DNA from: Penicillus capitatus
Taxonomy: Eukaryota > Plantae > Chlorophyta
NCBI GenBank assembly: GCA_965649825.1
Contig: OZ287696.1
Span: forward strand, 165,001 to 229,000
DNA length: 64,000 nt
Direction of reading: 5' to 3'
The number at the start of each line of letters is the position of its first letter. The first letter of the stretch is position 1. Positions 14,587-26,313 of this stretch are shown in pieces. The position numbers were made by a program, and so were the translations under genes. The notes under the pieces were generated by a model. It saw nothing but the letters and a program-made list of their open reading frames with translations. It ran no database searches and had not been told where the DNA came from.

Positions 14587-15001
14587 ATCTGACCAGTCAA
14601 CGGGTCAAAACATGCAAAGCCACTCATTGGTTGAATATCAGCCATAATGAATTTGTTAATGACGCTATCTGAAAGACAAATGTCAACAACAAGACTCAGT
14701 ATCCCAGAATAGCCTGTCTAAACTCTTCGTAATCAATCATTCCGTTGCCGTCGCGATCCACCTCATCTGCAAGGCACGGGTGAGGGGGAGAAAGAGCAAA
14801 GGGTAGTGGTGGTGGTCTTACCTAACACCTTTTCCAGATTCTCGACCACGCCGTAGCCCTTCAGGGCCTCTTTCAGCTCATCTCGTGTGATAAAGCCGGA
14901 GCCGTCGGTGTCGAAATGCTCGAAAGCTTGAATCAGATTCTCTTCTTTGGCGACGTTGGCGGCCGAAAGCGTCGCCGCCAGAAATTCGCTGTAGCTCACG
15001 G
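14295..15001. repeat. Copy 2 of the 707-bp direct duplication
   Basis: Matches 10161-10867 with 4 substitutions. Confidence 0.97.
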
Positions 15002-17065
15002 TACCATTGCCATCCATATCGGCAGCCTAGAGATGTCATCTAGTCTCACGCTGTCTGTTTGTATGAACAGGCACACTTTGAGTATCTTTTCGAATTCCTC
15101 CAGGGGCATCTTTCTGCTCTGTCCGGCATAAGCGTTACGCAGTTCCTCTGCTGAGATGTTGCCGCTGTTGTCGACATCCATATTCTTGAACATGTTGCTC
15201 AGCCCTTCGATCTCGTCCATCGGCAGATTCTCGGCGATCACTTTCCGTGCGACTTGCTGAAGACGATTCATTCCCGCAAATTCACGGACGCGGCTCTGGA
15301 CGCCACTGATGACTTTATTTGGCGCCACACCATCCTCGTTGATCCATCTATAAAAAGTGTGACATGAGTGAGAAACGCATCGATGATGTGTCGGACAATG
15401 TACGTACTCATGTTCGAGCAGCTGTCGAGCCGTCCATCGTTTGTTCGGTTGATGTACGAGCATTTTCTGGATGCAATCGCGTCCCGCTTCCGAGATCTCT
15501 GGCCACGGCGGGCCTTCAAAATCGATGCCTCCTTTGAGAATGTTGTCAAACACTTCGTGCAAAGTGTCGCCGAGGAAGGGAGGATATCTAAGACATCACC
15601 ATCCACATGTCATGTAAAGGCCTCCGCATTCCATGAGTGAAGAGAGACCCAGTCAAGAGCATGAACATGACGACACCACAGCTCCAGATATCGGCCGAAT
15701 TTGTGTAGCTCCTTCTCAGCACTTCAGGAGCCACATAGTACTTACTCCCTACCAAATCTCTGCAGCCATTCAATGAGATAAAGAATGCGGCCAGATATGG
15801 CGGCTCCACCTGAAGAAGGCGCCCTTGCGGTAAAAGTTGGACAGGCCAAAGTCAATGGCCTTCAACCTTGTGAATGACCCATCTGTCCACAGAAAATTCT
15901 CTGGCTTGATATCACGGTGAATGACACCTGGAGGCAACAAAGCTGTCCGTTATGAAGGCACGATAGGGAAGAGGCATGGACGGACCCATGTTGTGACAGT
16001 GTGCTGCGACGGTCAGTATCGTTCGCATGACGCCGGCGGCATCCTTCTCGGTATAGGATCCGGCAGCGATGATGTGGTCAAAGAGCTCTCCCCCTGTTAA
16101 GGCAATCAGATCACGAAGAATACGTGACGTCGTTTTGCATACCCTTACAGAGATCCATCACTAGATGGACGTTATTGCGGTCTTCGTAGACGCCGTACAG
16201 TTCAATGATATTTGGATGTCCCCTCAAATGATACATGACCTGCAGCATGGGGACGAGGTCGGAAGGGGAGGATCAGGGTAGCAGCTTTCTCTACTTCGAT
16301 TTCTTTTTTCATGTCTTCGACGTCCTGTCGTCTCGTAAGCTTCGCTTTCGATATGGACTTGCATGCAAATTCCTCTCGCGTTTCTCGGTTGATCACCTTG
16401 TCACATCAGAAAAGAATGAGATGATCCTCTCACCTTTGCTTGATGTCACACTTTGCGAACAATACTCGTCGAACCGCGTCCCAAGATCGACCCAAATTCG
16501 TAGAGAGAACGGATTTCCGGCGTCGGTTTTCCTGAACAGAGATCATCAAATCACATCTCACTCTTTTCTGATGTGACAGCCAGTACCTAAGAGCCGACGA
16601 TATGGCCTGTCATATGTCGGCTTTATCTGTGGCGCTTCTGGATAATGCTCCGGTCCCTATACACCAACCAAACTCAACGCCGCTCTTCCTTTGTCTACAC
16701 CCTCACCGAGATAGCACTGCCAATGGACGGCTGTGAGACAACGACTTGGGGAGCCGGAGTCGAGACATTGATCGTATAGTTTGGGTCTCCTGCTGCTGAC
16801 GACATCGTCGAATTTCCAGGAGCATAAGTTGCAGGGGCGTAGGTATAGTGAGGATGAAGACCCTGTCAGGTGTTGGGGGCAAAAGGGAGTGGTGGTTAAG
16901 GAACGCGACCTGTGAGCCCGAGGGCGGACCCGAAGGCACGCGTTCGTATTTTCCGCGGCGGTTGTCACCCTCACTCCATTCCAATTCGCAGCAGCATCCA
17001 AAGAAACAGTCAATACAGTTTCGCAGCCATGGCTTTGCGCCTTTGATGCGTGGCAAACTTGACAT
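14696..17065 (-). CDS. CDPK: Calcium-dependent protein kinase (kinase, junction, four EF hands), multi-exon
   Basis: Motifs seen: [54 protein letters not shown], junction [18 protein letters not shown], and EF hands [48 protein letters not shown]. The start codon is uncertain. Confidence 0.92.
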
Positions 17066-17256
17066 TTCAAGAAAACGAACGTACACACCGATTGTCTACC
17101 AATCACTTCGGTCGATTGCTTGTGTGTTCGTGCGTTCGCCGAGAGAATGTTTGTTCGTTGCGCCGTTATTGTGCTTGTATACGCCACCGACCATCGCCAT
17201 CTTCCTACTCAGTGCCGTGTTTCTGTTCTTTAGTCGTTGTTTTCGTTTCGCGCCGG

Positions 17257-20200
17257 ATGCAAAGGACGACCAGCCGTCGTACTGGCGGCCTGGGGCGAGC
17301 GGAAGCGCCTCCTTTGAACGAGAGCGTCACCATTCCCCGCGCCCTGTCAGACCGTGTGAATCATCTCATTCAAGGCATACGTCCAGGACGGGCCTCCGAA
17401 CAAAGACGACACGGAATTGCTGATTACGTTCGACGTCTCATCGTCAAATGTTTCCAACCCGAACACAAAGCAAAAAATTTTTGACGTAACTCCCGTGTCC
17501 ACAATGACGCGCTCAGGTCGAGGCGTTTATGTTTGGTTCGGTGCCGCTTCGAACGTACTTACCTGATGGAGATATCGACGTATCCATCTTCTGTGAGGCA
17601 AAAGGTCTTCAGGTGGGTCGCACTCTTGAGGAAGGGGGTCCTGAGTCAGATGACAGGAAACGTGGTGCGATAAATTGTCGACAGTACTGGAGAGCGAGGC
17701 AGAAAGTCCAGATGCAGAGTTCAAAGTGGCGAACGTGTCCCTGATCAATGCAGAAGTGCGAGCATGGAAAGATGATGTGACACATGATTGTTGGGTGATG
17801 TGACAGGTGAAGCTACTGAAGTGCCTTGTCGATAACATCGTGGTGGACGTATCATTCAATCAGATCGGAGGTCTCTGCACCCTCAATTTTCTAGAAGCTA
17901 TGGATCGAAAAATCGGTGGGAAACATTTGTTCAAGAAGAGCATCATTCTGGTACAAAAGTGTGACCATTGTGTGAGAAATGATCATTGGCTGTACAGATC
18001 AAAGCCTGGTGTTATTACGAAAGCCGCGTTCTGGGAGCACAGCATTCATTGCTATCGACGTATGCTTTGGAAACGATGGTCCTGCACATTTTCAATGTCT
18101 ACCACTCCGAGCTCCAGACCCCCCTCGAAGTCCACAAATATCGCCGTTACGCGTAAGAGCATTCTAAGATCGCCGCTGCTGGTGTAGGTTCTGTATAAGT
18201 TTCTGATCGTATTTCATCATTTCCAGTGGGACGATTATTGCCTGACCCTGTCTGGACCTGTCAGTCTGAAAGACCTCGACATCAATTCAGGTGCATACAG
18301 CCGAGATCGCTGTTGGAAGTGTGAGATCAATGTGTGATGTGTTGTGGCAGTGAATGTTCCTACCGAGCATGGAAAGACGTTACTCATTCCGACGTTTATG
18401 AATGTTATGCTGGAATCCTATTCCTACACACCAGTTGTGCCTGCCAATAGCAAAGGACCTGGATACCCCAAATACATGAACATCATGGATCCATTACTAC
18501 ACAGCAATAATCTCGGACGCAGCGTCTCCAAAACGAGCGAGATTCGCATTCGTAATGCGTTTGGCCATGGAGCGCGTCTTCTGAATCAGATCTTCAAAAA
18601 AGCAAGCGCCAACTGGATACATTCTCTTTGCTGATCTGTGTGGCGTGATGTGTATGTGTAGGAGATCACAGAGGCGACCGACGTGCTGGATCAGTTTTTC
18701 AAGAATACATGGCTGGCTCAACAGCGACCGAGATCATCCCCACAACCCCAGATCCCTCGTCCTCAGCCCACACAGGCAATGCCATACAGTGCTCCTGCCG
18801 CAAAAACCGGAAACGGATTGCTGGATCTACTGAAGGAGCCGCATAAAGATCTGACCGAGATGCACGAACGCGATGCCATCTCGCATCTTTATAGCATTGC
18901 TGGATACCATGGAGGAGGACCCCCTGCAAACGGCACTCTGCCTGTCCAAGTCGCTGCGACGATGGGAACTGCCTTTCCACCACCTCCGCCTCGAGGGCCA
19001 GAGGACAAACCTGCCGCACAAACGGCCGCTCTTCGGGGGTCCGAAATGGAAAAGCTTGGCAGGCAGCTCCATGCTGCACAGCATCTACGGAATCCGTTGG
19101 AGATGCCATCTGCAAAGAACGAAGCGGGGGCACAACAAGCTTTCAATGCATTTGCCCAGGCACACCTCGAACTCGCCTCCGCTTATCAGACGTCCATCTA
19201 CAATCCCTACCATCCTGTCAAGTTCCTCCCCCAGCAGAACGCAGCGCATTTGCAGAGAGGTCGTATGGAAGGCGGACTCCAGAGGACGCGTTCGGAGCCC
19301 AATATCGGCGATCTCTGTCCAAAGAAGAAGGACAAGAGTACAGTGAAGCGCTATCAGGCTCCGTTCCATGTTCAGCATCCCAAGACATTTACTTCGCAGC
19401 CTCTGGCGGATGAGGAACATAAAGTCATGAAGCCCAAGGAGCAACCATCTCCCGTTCAGAAGCAGACGTCGACAGGTGGATCTGTTCTTTGTGCCAAGGC
19501 ACTGGACGTTTTGAGACCGCTTCCCGGAAAGAAGGAGAAACCGACCTCCGTTGTCAGCAGCCTCGAACAACTGAAACTGAAAGACGATGTGCTGGAGAAA
19601 CTAAATGTAATGGAAAGAAGACGCAAGGCAGCGGAGAAGGAAAAAAATTCAGAGAGCTCTGAAGGTGAAAAGGACCCTCCTCCGTGCCGCGACACGGACG
19701 AGACTTCTTCCAAAGAGACAGAGACGAAGGAGGAAACCACAGCAACAGCTGAAAAGACAAGATCTGGAACAGCAGATGTGCCAAAATCGATGCTGCCGAC
19801 ACACAGCGATGTCCATGATCAGTCGATCGTGATCGGAGAGCCACCCGAGCCGCCATCTGTGGATTATCATCAACGCATGGACCGTGGTGAGTTTTTTGCG
19901 GCACCCCGTTCCTTGAATCGTCGATCGGGTCGTCCATTTGATTTGCATCACACCAACATGCACTCTGCGGAAATGCGCAATTCTTTGTTTCAAATGGCCC
20001 AGGGACAGCGACAGCAGCTTACGAGGATGGGCCTGGGCGAGCGGCAGATGCAGGCAACTGTTGAGATGCGGCCAAACGGCGAACTCGTGCCGTCATTTAC
20101 GCCTGTCTATCCTTACATCTTCAATGCCGCAGCAGGGAATCAATTCTCTCAGACGCCACTGTACGGTATTCTCTCGGCACAGGGAGATCTCACAGCTGCT

Positions 20201-23200
20201 CAGATGACCCCTGCCCGTGCCGCCGTGCCAACAGCTGGAATACGTCATCCTGCTGTTGCCATGCCCAAGGCAGACGCGCGTAATGCTCTGGTGGATCTTT
20301 TTCCCAATCCTCATCAGCCTACTCAGTGGTTCCGTCCGGACGTAACTCCAACGACAGATCGGCGAATGAATGGAGGTATTCCGCTGACGCTGTCCCCTGG
20401 ATGGACCACTCCTTACACGACTGTGAATCTGAACGGGTCTTCGCGGCCACGGGAAGAGATTCCGGTCCGCGATTCCGATGATGTCTTATCGGGAGACATC
20501 GAGACATTGACACAGCACTTGGAAGTGGCACGCAATTTCATTGGATGCAAAACATCTGTGCCCTCTTCAGATAAGGAACGCAGCAGTCGGGCCTCAAGCG
20601 CTGGACAGACACCCGAGAGAACAAGACCCAGTACAGGACATCGCAAGGGCACACCCTCTCCAACTTTGACAAACCGACAGGAGAGCAGGAGCAGTTCACG
20701 GGAAAGACTTCCAAAGAACCAGATGGAGAACCCATCGATCTATAATCACCCTCCTCCTGTGCCACCAGGTGGTCCGGTAGGGTATCCTGGCAACTATCCT
20801 GCGCAGCCACCCAATGTGCTCTATCAAGTGCCGCCTGGTCTTGTGACACATCCGCCGCCGCCGCCAGGTGCCGTGCATGAAAGAATGTCGAATGAGAATG
20901 AGCTTCTGGCGCAGTTGCATGGCAATGTGAATCTGGTCGCAGCACCTGGATACAGTTATCAGGGATCAGTGCGCGGCGTCCATCTTCCGATGACACATGT
21001 GAACCTCGCCAATGGAGTGCATCCGCAAGGAACGATGCCGCATCCCACGACGGTGGATCCAGCCAATCTCCAACTTCCTCCTCAGCCGCCACATTCTGCC
21101 TCTCCTGCTCGCGTCAAAGATTCTCAAGTCATTCGCAGTACCAAAGCGCCTGGTGGGAGTCGTCCCATGACAGCAGAGGATCCTCAACGACCGATCTCTT
21201 TGCTGACAGATGATGGTGGTATAACGGTCGAAATCGATAACTCTGTGTTACAAGCGGTCAAGGCAGCCATGGCAGAGAAGGCATCGGATGAGCATCAAGC
21301 ATCAAGAGATCCCAACAACCGGACGTCTCAGGGCGATCCTAACTCTCCAAGGCATGGCACAGAAGAGACAGTACATCTGAGAGGCGGCGCCGCCGTCGCT
21401 GCCGCCGCCGGTCTCCCAGATCCTCCGATGCATGGTCTGACAAATAGAAGACAACTGGAACAGGGGGTCATCTGTTACTCTGAACCTAAAGACTTCTCAG
21501 CTCAGTCCAATCGACATCCGATGGGAGGAGAGTTCAACGCCGCAGGAGCAAACGGCCATTTGGCGCATTTGTTTACGTTGTCTGCTCCGGTAGTGACAAC
21601 ACCATTGCCTACCGATCTTCCGATCCCTCCCAGAAGTGCGTGTGTGAGGGAGATGCGAAGATGCTTGATACAGGGATCTGTTTTTAGCTGGCATGGCATC
21701 CTATGGAACGGGAAGCTTCATTCCACGAAACGCCCAGTATGTGACAGAACAGCGAAAATCACGCGAACAGGCCGAGAAAGATGCTCAGGTAACACATAGC
21801 ATGGTAAAGACGCAGGGCGCCTCTACCTGGAATGTCCTTGGAGGCGACGACAACCGAAGGCAATACAGAGGATGGTTGGAGTACTCGTTCCGGATCAAAC
21901 GCTTCCGAAAAGACAGAACAGGTAGAGAACCGGAATCACCCACGCGGCAGGTAGATCGACGGTTGATAGATCGATGTACTTGTGTGATGACTGTCTGCAC
22001 TGTGATGCTCAGGTTTTCTCCCTCTAACCATCAGCAATGGTCGTCCTCTGCCAGTTCGAATCGTTCCTACACGCAAACGCCTCCGCACAGCTACGGTCAG
22101 GTTGAACAGGGACGTCCGATGTCGAATGGGGCCAACGATTCCTGGCAGATTAAACAAGACCGTCCAGGTCCGTCCTTCCACTTCCCGCATCCCGGAATGA
22201 GGGTACCGCCTTTAGCTATCACAAGTGCTGGCGATCTGAGTGAGTATTACAAGGCCTATGGTGAAGTGGCGAATGCCTTTGTGTCCACAGAAGCAATGGG
22301 TCGCGTACCAAATCATGGAGCCACCTATATTCCCTATCCCAACGTCGCAAGTCAACCCCCTTTCCAGCTCGATATCTCCGATATGACCATAACCGTCACA
22401 GGTTTGCCAGCACACCAAGGTTATGCGGAATTCCCGACATCGATGCCAGCAACAACGCCTGCCACGACGTTTCATCCTTCGAGTGTTCCACCCAGACCAG
22501 GGCTCGGACATGGGACACACAATCAGAGTAAGGGAGATGGACGTGCATACGCTCCTGATGTGACGTGTCTCTGCTTGGGCAGATCCACCAAACATCCCAC
22601 GTAATCGCAGAGATGGAGAACGATGGAATACAATGGTTCGCAACGACCGTTCCTCCGTGGATCGCAGTTCCACTCCGGATAGTCTCCACAGTCAAGGACT
22701 GGTTCGTCGAGGCATGGAGAGTGGAAACAGATGGGAAGGAAAGCAATTGATACGCAACGTGCCCAATCTTCATCTGACGCAGCAGCGTCCCATGGATCCA
22801 CTGTTCAAGTCCGTACGAGACGGAAGCTCCGATGATGATGGTGGTGTGCATTCGGGTCGAACCAATCTCGAAACGCTCTTCAATCCTCGGCCTCCTTTTC
22901 GGGGACCGCCTCTTAACACCCGACACCAACGCCATCGACGACCAAGTCCAAGAGACGACCGATCACGTTTCCCTTTGAAAGATGCCGATTTCCCATCGTT
23001 GGAATCGGCACGCGGTGCGAAACGTTCACCCACGCCATCCAGTCAGTCAGAGACACCGAAAGGGAATGAAAAGCCTTCCCACGTTTCAGGCCGTTAGATA
23101 TACTGCTTCTGTTTTTGATGAGGATATGTGTAATCTCTGTGTGTAGCGGACAGCCCTGTCAAGTACTGTTGAGGGATCTTTGTGTGTCTACCTCCCTCCC

Positions 23201-23670
23201 TCCCTTGCCTGCACGTCTGTCTGGCAATCCATCTTCTTTCACTGTGAATTCAGCTGTGAGTATTCGAATCTATCACACTACTCATAGCGCGTTACTTGAA
23301 ATGACGAAGCTGCGCGGCAATGCGTGTCGTTCACAGGCTGATGTATATCTTTGCGTTATCCGCCGTTTTGCCGTTCTTCTAAGCAACCCGTCGTCACTAC
23401 GCCCAAAGAAACCCCGTCCGCGACGCCGTTTCGCCTTATCTCAGAAAACATGTCTGCCCGAAGAATCGCAGTTTTGCAATGGAATGCTCGACATCAAGGC
23501 AGAGTCACAGAGATCGTCACCGAAGAGGAAGCTGAACGAGAAAGAAGGGTAAGGCAGACAGTCACCGCCTGCCGCTTTATCTGAGATGTCAGAGGAGTAG
23601 GAACGCCGACCAGACGGGCCTGGACCCTCCAACCCATCCAGTATTCGACAGGGAGATGAAAATACAATAA
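17257..23670 (+). CDS. PAP/OAS1 substrate-binding-domain nucleotidyltransferase (plant-type) with a very long low-complexity C-terminal region, multi-exon
   Basis: Motifs seen: FGSVPLRTYLPDGDID, INAEV/KLLKCLVDNIVVDVSFNQIGGLCTLNFLE, HLFKKSIIL/IKAWCYYESRVLGAQHSLLSTYALETMV and NIMDPLLHSNNLGRSVS. Distal islands LSGDIETLTQHL and GTGSFIP resemble conserved islands of this family. The 3' exons are less certain. Confidence 0.8.
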
Positions 23671-23990
23671 CAAACGGCGGTAGGATGTCGACCAGTGACA
23701 GCTACGGCCACAACACGCGTCCTTCTTTCTAGCTCTGCCCAAGCGAAACACCCTTTCGAGAATCGCACACTGTGTTCGAAACGGACTGAATCGTGTTTGG
23801 AGACGCAAGAGAGCAGAGAGTATGGACAGATCTCTGGCGGCTGGTGTTGAATGGAAGGTGTGTCTTGTGTAGAGCAACGGTCCAGTGCTGTGGCCGAAAG
23901 GGACGCGATGCCGTCCATCGACAACGATCCGACACGATCAAATGATCATCCCGGCGGTGAAGCGTCGTTTCAGTGTGGTCGCTCGTTGCA

Positions 23991-24519
23991 ATGACGGCGT
24001 TGCTGTTGACAGGCGTCCGCTATTTGAAGGATCTCAGAATCGTCCGGGCATCTTCTTTTAAGCGCGACACTCATGAGGCGGTTCTGTGCGACTGGGAGTC
24101 TTTTCAGGCGAAACCAAAAAGGGGCGATATGGGAAATGTAAATCAGGGATACTTCAAACGTCCTCTCTACTTAGTGCCAGAATGGACACAGGATGCTGGT
24201 GAAGCAAAGGTACGCCGCCTTTGCCGAAGGCACTGTGTATGTACGTACGGTGCAGATTTCGTCATTCGTGTTGCTCACGAGCAAGGATCGACCGGAAGGA
24301 GATTTGACGCTGTTTCGGACGGTGGATAGATATTTTGTTCACCTGCAGCCTATTCGCGATCCGGACACTCGACAACGTATCACGCATCTCAAACTTCTAC
24401 GAGCTCCGAAGGACGAAGATCTGAAACTGTTCTGGCAGCATTCCATTGGAGATATCAACGACCGTCGCGGTAGTCGCACACAGTTGTATCTGTGCTGGCG
24501 ATCAGAAATTCTCTCGTGA
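23991..24519 (+). CDS. Small protein with three internal repeats (putative beta-prism/MABP-like), tandem paralog 1
   Basis: Two exons: MTALLLTGVRYLKDLRIV...GNVNQGYFKRPLYLVPEWTQDAGEAK / ISSFVLLT...YFVHLQPIRDP...GDINDRRGSRTQLYLCWRSE*. The intron is at the same position and phase as in paralog 2. Confidence 0.65.
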
Positions 24520-25229
24520 ACATTCATAAAATTCAGCACTCATAAATCGTTGCGTTTTACATGTATAGCGACCAAAAACCTCAACACTCATTGTACTAGT
24601 TATTAGTTAGAAGTCGAATGCTCGGAGATCACCTTCTGTGATGTCAATGCCTGAGATGTAAGAAGCGCAGTCATCATCGTTGCCAACCCAGAGACCGTTC
24701 TGGTGGCCCGTCGGCTGATCCGTTGACAGATGTCGGCCGTCGTCGGTTAGGAGAAGTTATGCGACAGCAATCATCGCATCAGACGAAGGTGCGTTCGATT
24801 TCTGAGGGTTCGTTCGTCAAGATGATGACTCGGTCGATGCGCAAACGTGTAGAGAGCAACGATAGCGAAAAGCAAAAAGAAAGAAAAAGAAAAGCAAACG
24901 CGACAGCCGTCGAAGAGACCCACGACGCGCCAACGACGGAGACGACCTCCGTGCATCCTCGCAACCAGACTAAGAAAACGCGTGACGCCAGGGCACATGG
25001 GAACCCTCGAGACGAGGGCGCCGACGGTACGGCGAAAGCAAAGAAGGTCCTTCGCCGTCGTTTCAAAATGCCCCTGACGTCTTTGCTTCGTTGAAGCCCC
25101 CGAAGGCCGGAGTCATCTTGAGGAGAAAGCGTAAGAAATCACTGCCTGTAAAGAAGAAAAAGAAAGCTCCCGTGCCGTTCTATTCGGCAGCCATGCGTCC
25201 GAGAAAGCAAGAAGAAGGTGTGTGCCGAG

Positions 25230-25815
25230 ATGACGGACTCTTTGGCAGTCTTGGCACCAGGGACGTTTTATCTCAAAGATCTGCAAATCGTCTGCACGGC
25301 AACGGAGGCGCCACGACCCTCGCGCTGCGTCGAGTGCGTCAATCATTTTAAGGAAGACATCTTTGGCCTCGGAGGCGAGAACATAAACATGGGATTTCCC
25401 GGATTGCACCCCATGTACTTCGTTCCGATCTGGACGACCGAACGCGAGGCAGCCAAAGTAGACCCTTCGCTTTTCAAGCTTTCGAATGTGTGAGATGTGT
25501 TTATTGTTTTAGATCACAGGTTTTGAACTTGTGGTATCGCCAGTCGAAGATCCCTCTCGGCAGAATCTCTATCTTGGTATTCCTGGACGCTTCGTTTATC
25601 TCGTGCCCACCTTCGACCCCTCGACCGAAGGACGCATCATCGGCGTACAGCTCTATCGTTCACGTAAATTTAATCCTCCGGCGTTTGGCTGGTCGAATAC
25701 GACGCAGAATATCAATGAGGGTCGTGGCGGCGATCATCTCTGCCTTCAGTGGGATCTAGGCACCGAACAGGACATCCCCGGCCACAGATTTCGTTTTCGT
25801 TTCTGGAGAAGATAA
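25230..25815 (+). CDS. Small protein with three internal repeats (putative beta-prism/MABP-like), tandem paralog 2
   Basis: Two exons: MTDSLAVLAPGTFYLKDLQIV...NINMGFPGLHPMYFVPIWTTEREAAK / ITGFELVV...NLYLGIPGRFVYLVPTFDP...NINEGRGGDHLCLQW. It aligns end to end with paralog 1. Confidence 0.65.
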
Positions 25816-26313
25816 TCCAAATGCCTGGGCATCTGTGTACTTGACGGCATGACATTGACTAAGCACTTGAGTTTTTTTGTTTCATTTTGGGTTGCCCAGT
25901 GAACGGTTGGCCGTGAAGGAAGGCCCTGTCTCTAGCGGATACTCTCTGCCACTCGACGGTTGACACGAATCGCCTCGAGTTCAGTATTCCGCTACGAATG
26001 GCGCGCCGCGTCCGGAATCTGATGGCCCAAGGCAGCCGTCCGTTACCGCGTTGCAATGAGCTTCGGAGCACAGCAATTTCTTGGTCGATGACTTAGAATG
26101 TCTCAACATTTCGACCGTTCTCCGTTTTCTCCTTGCTAAACTAACCGGCCTTTCAGAGTCAAGCACATTTCGCTAAGTGTTCGACACTTGGCGCAACCCA
26201 TCAGTTCAAGCTTATCCGTCAAACGGCGTCGCGTCTTCCGTTCGTTTTACCTTCCTGTGATCCAAAATCCTTCTCGTGTCTTGCCGAAGCATTCGTGAAG
26301 CCCTCTGGAAAGA

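Noticed and set aside
10161-15001. The 707-bp direct repeats as LTRs of a retrotransposon
   Set aside because: They consist entirely of host BBS1/CDPK sequence including an intron, lack TG...CA termini, and have no short TSD or PBS/PPT that I can see.
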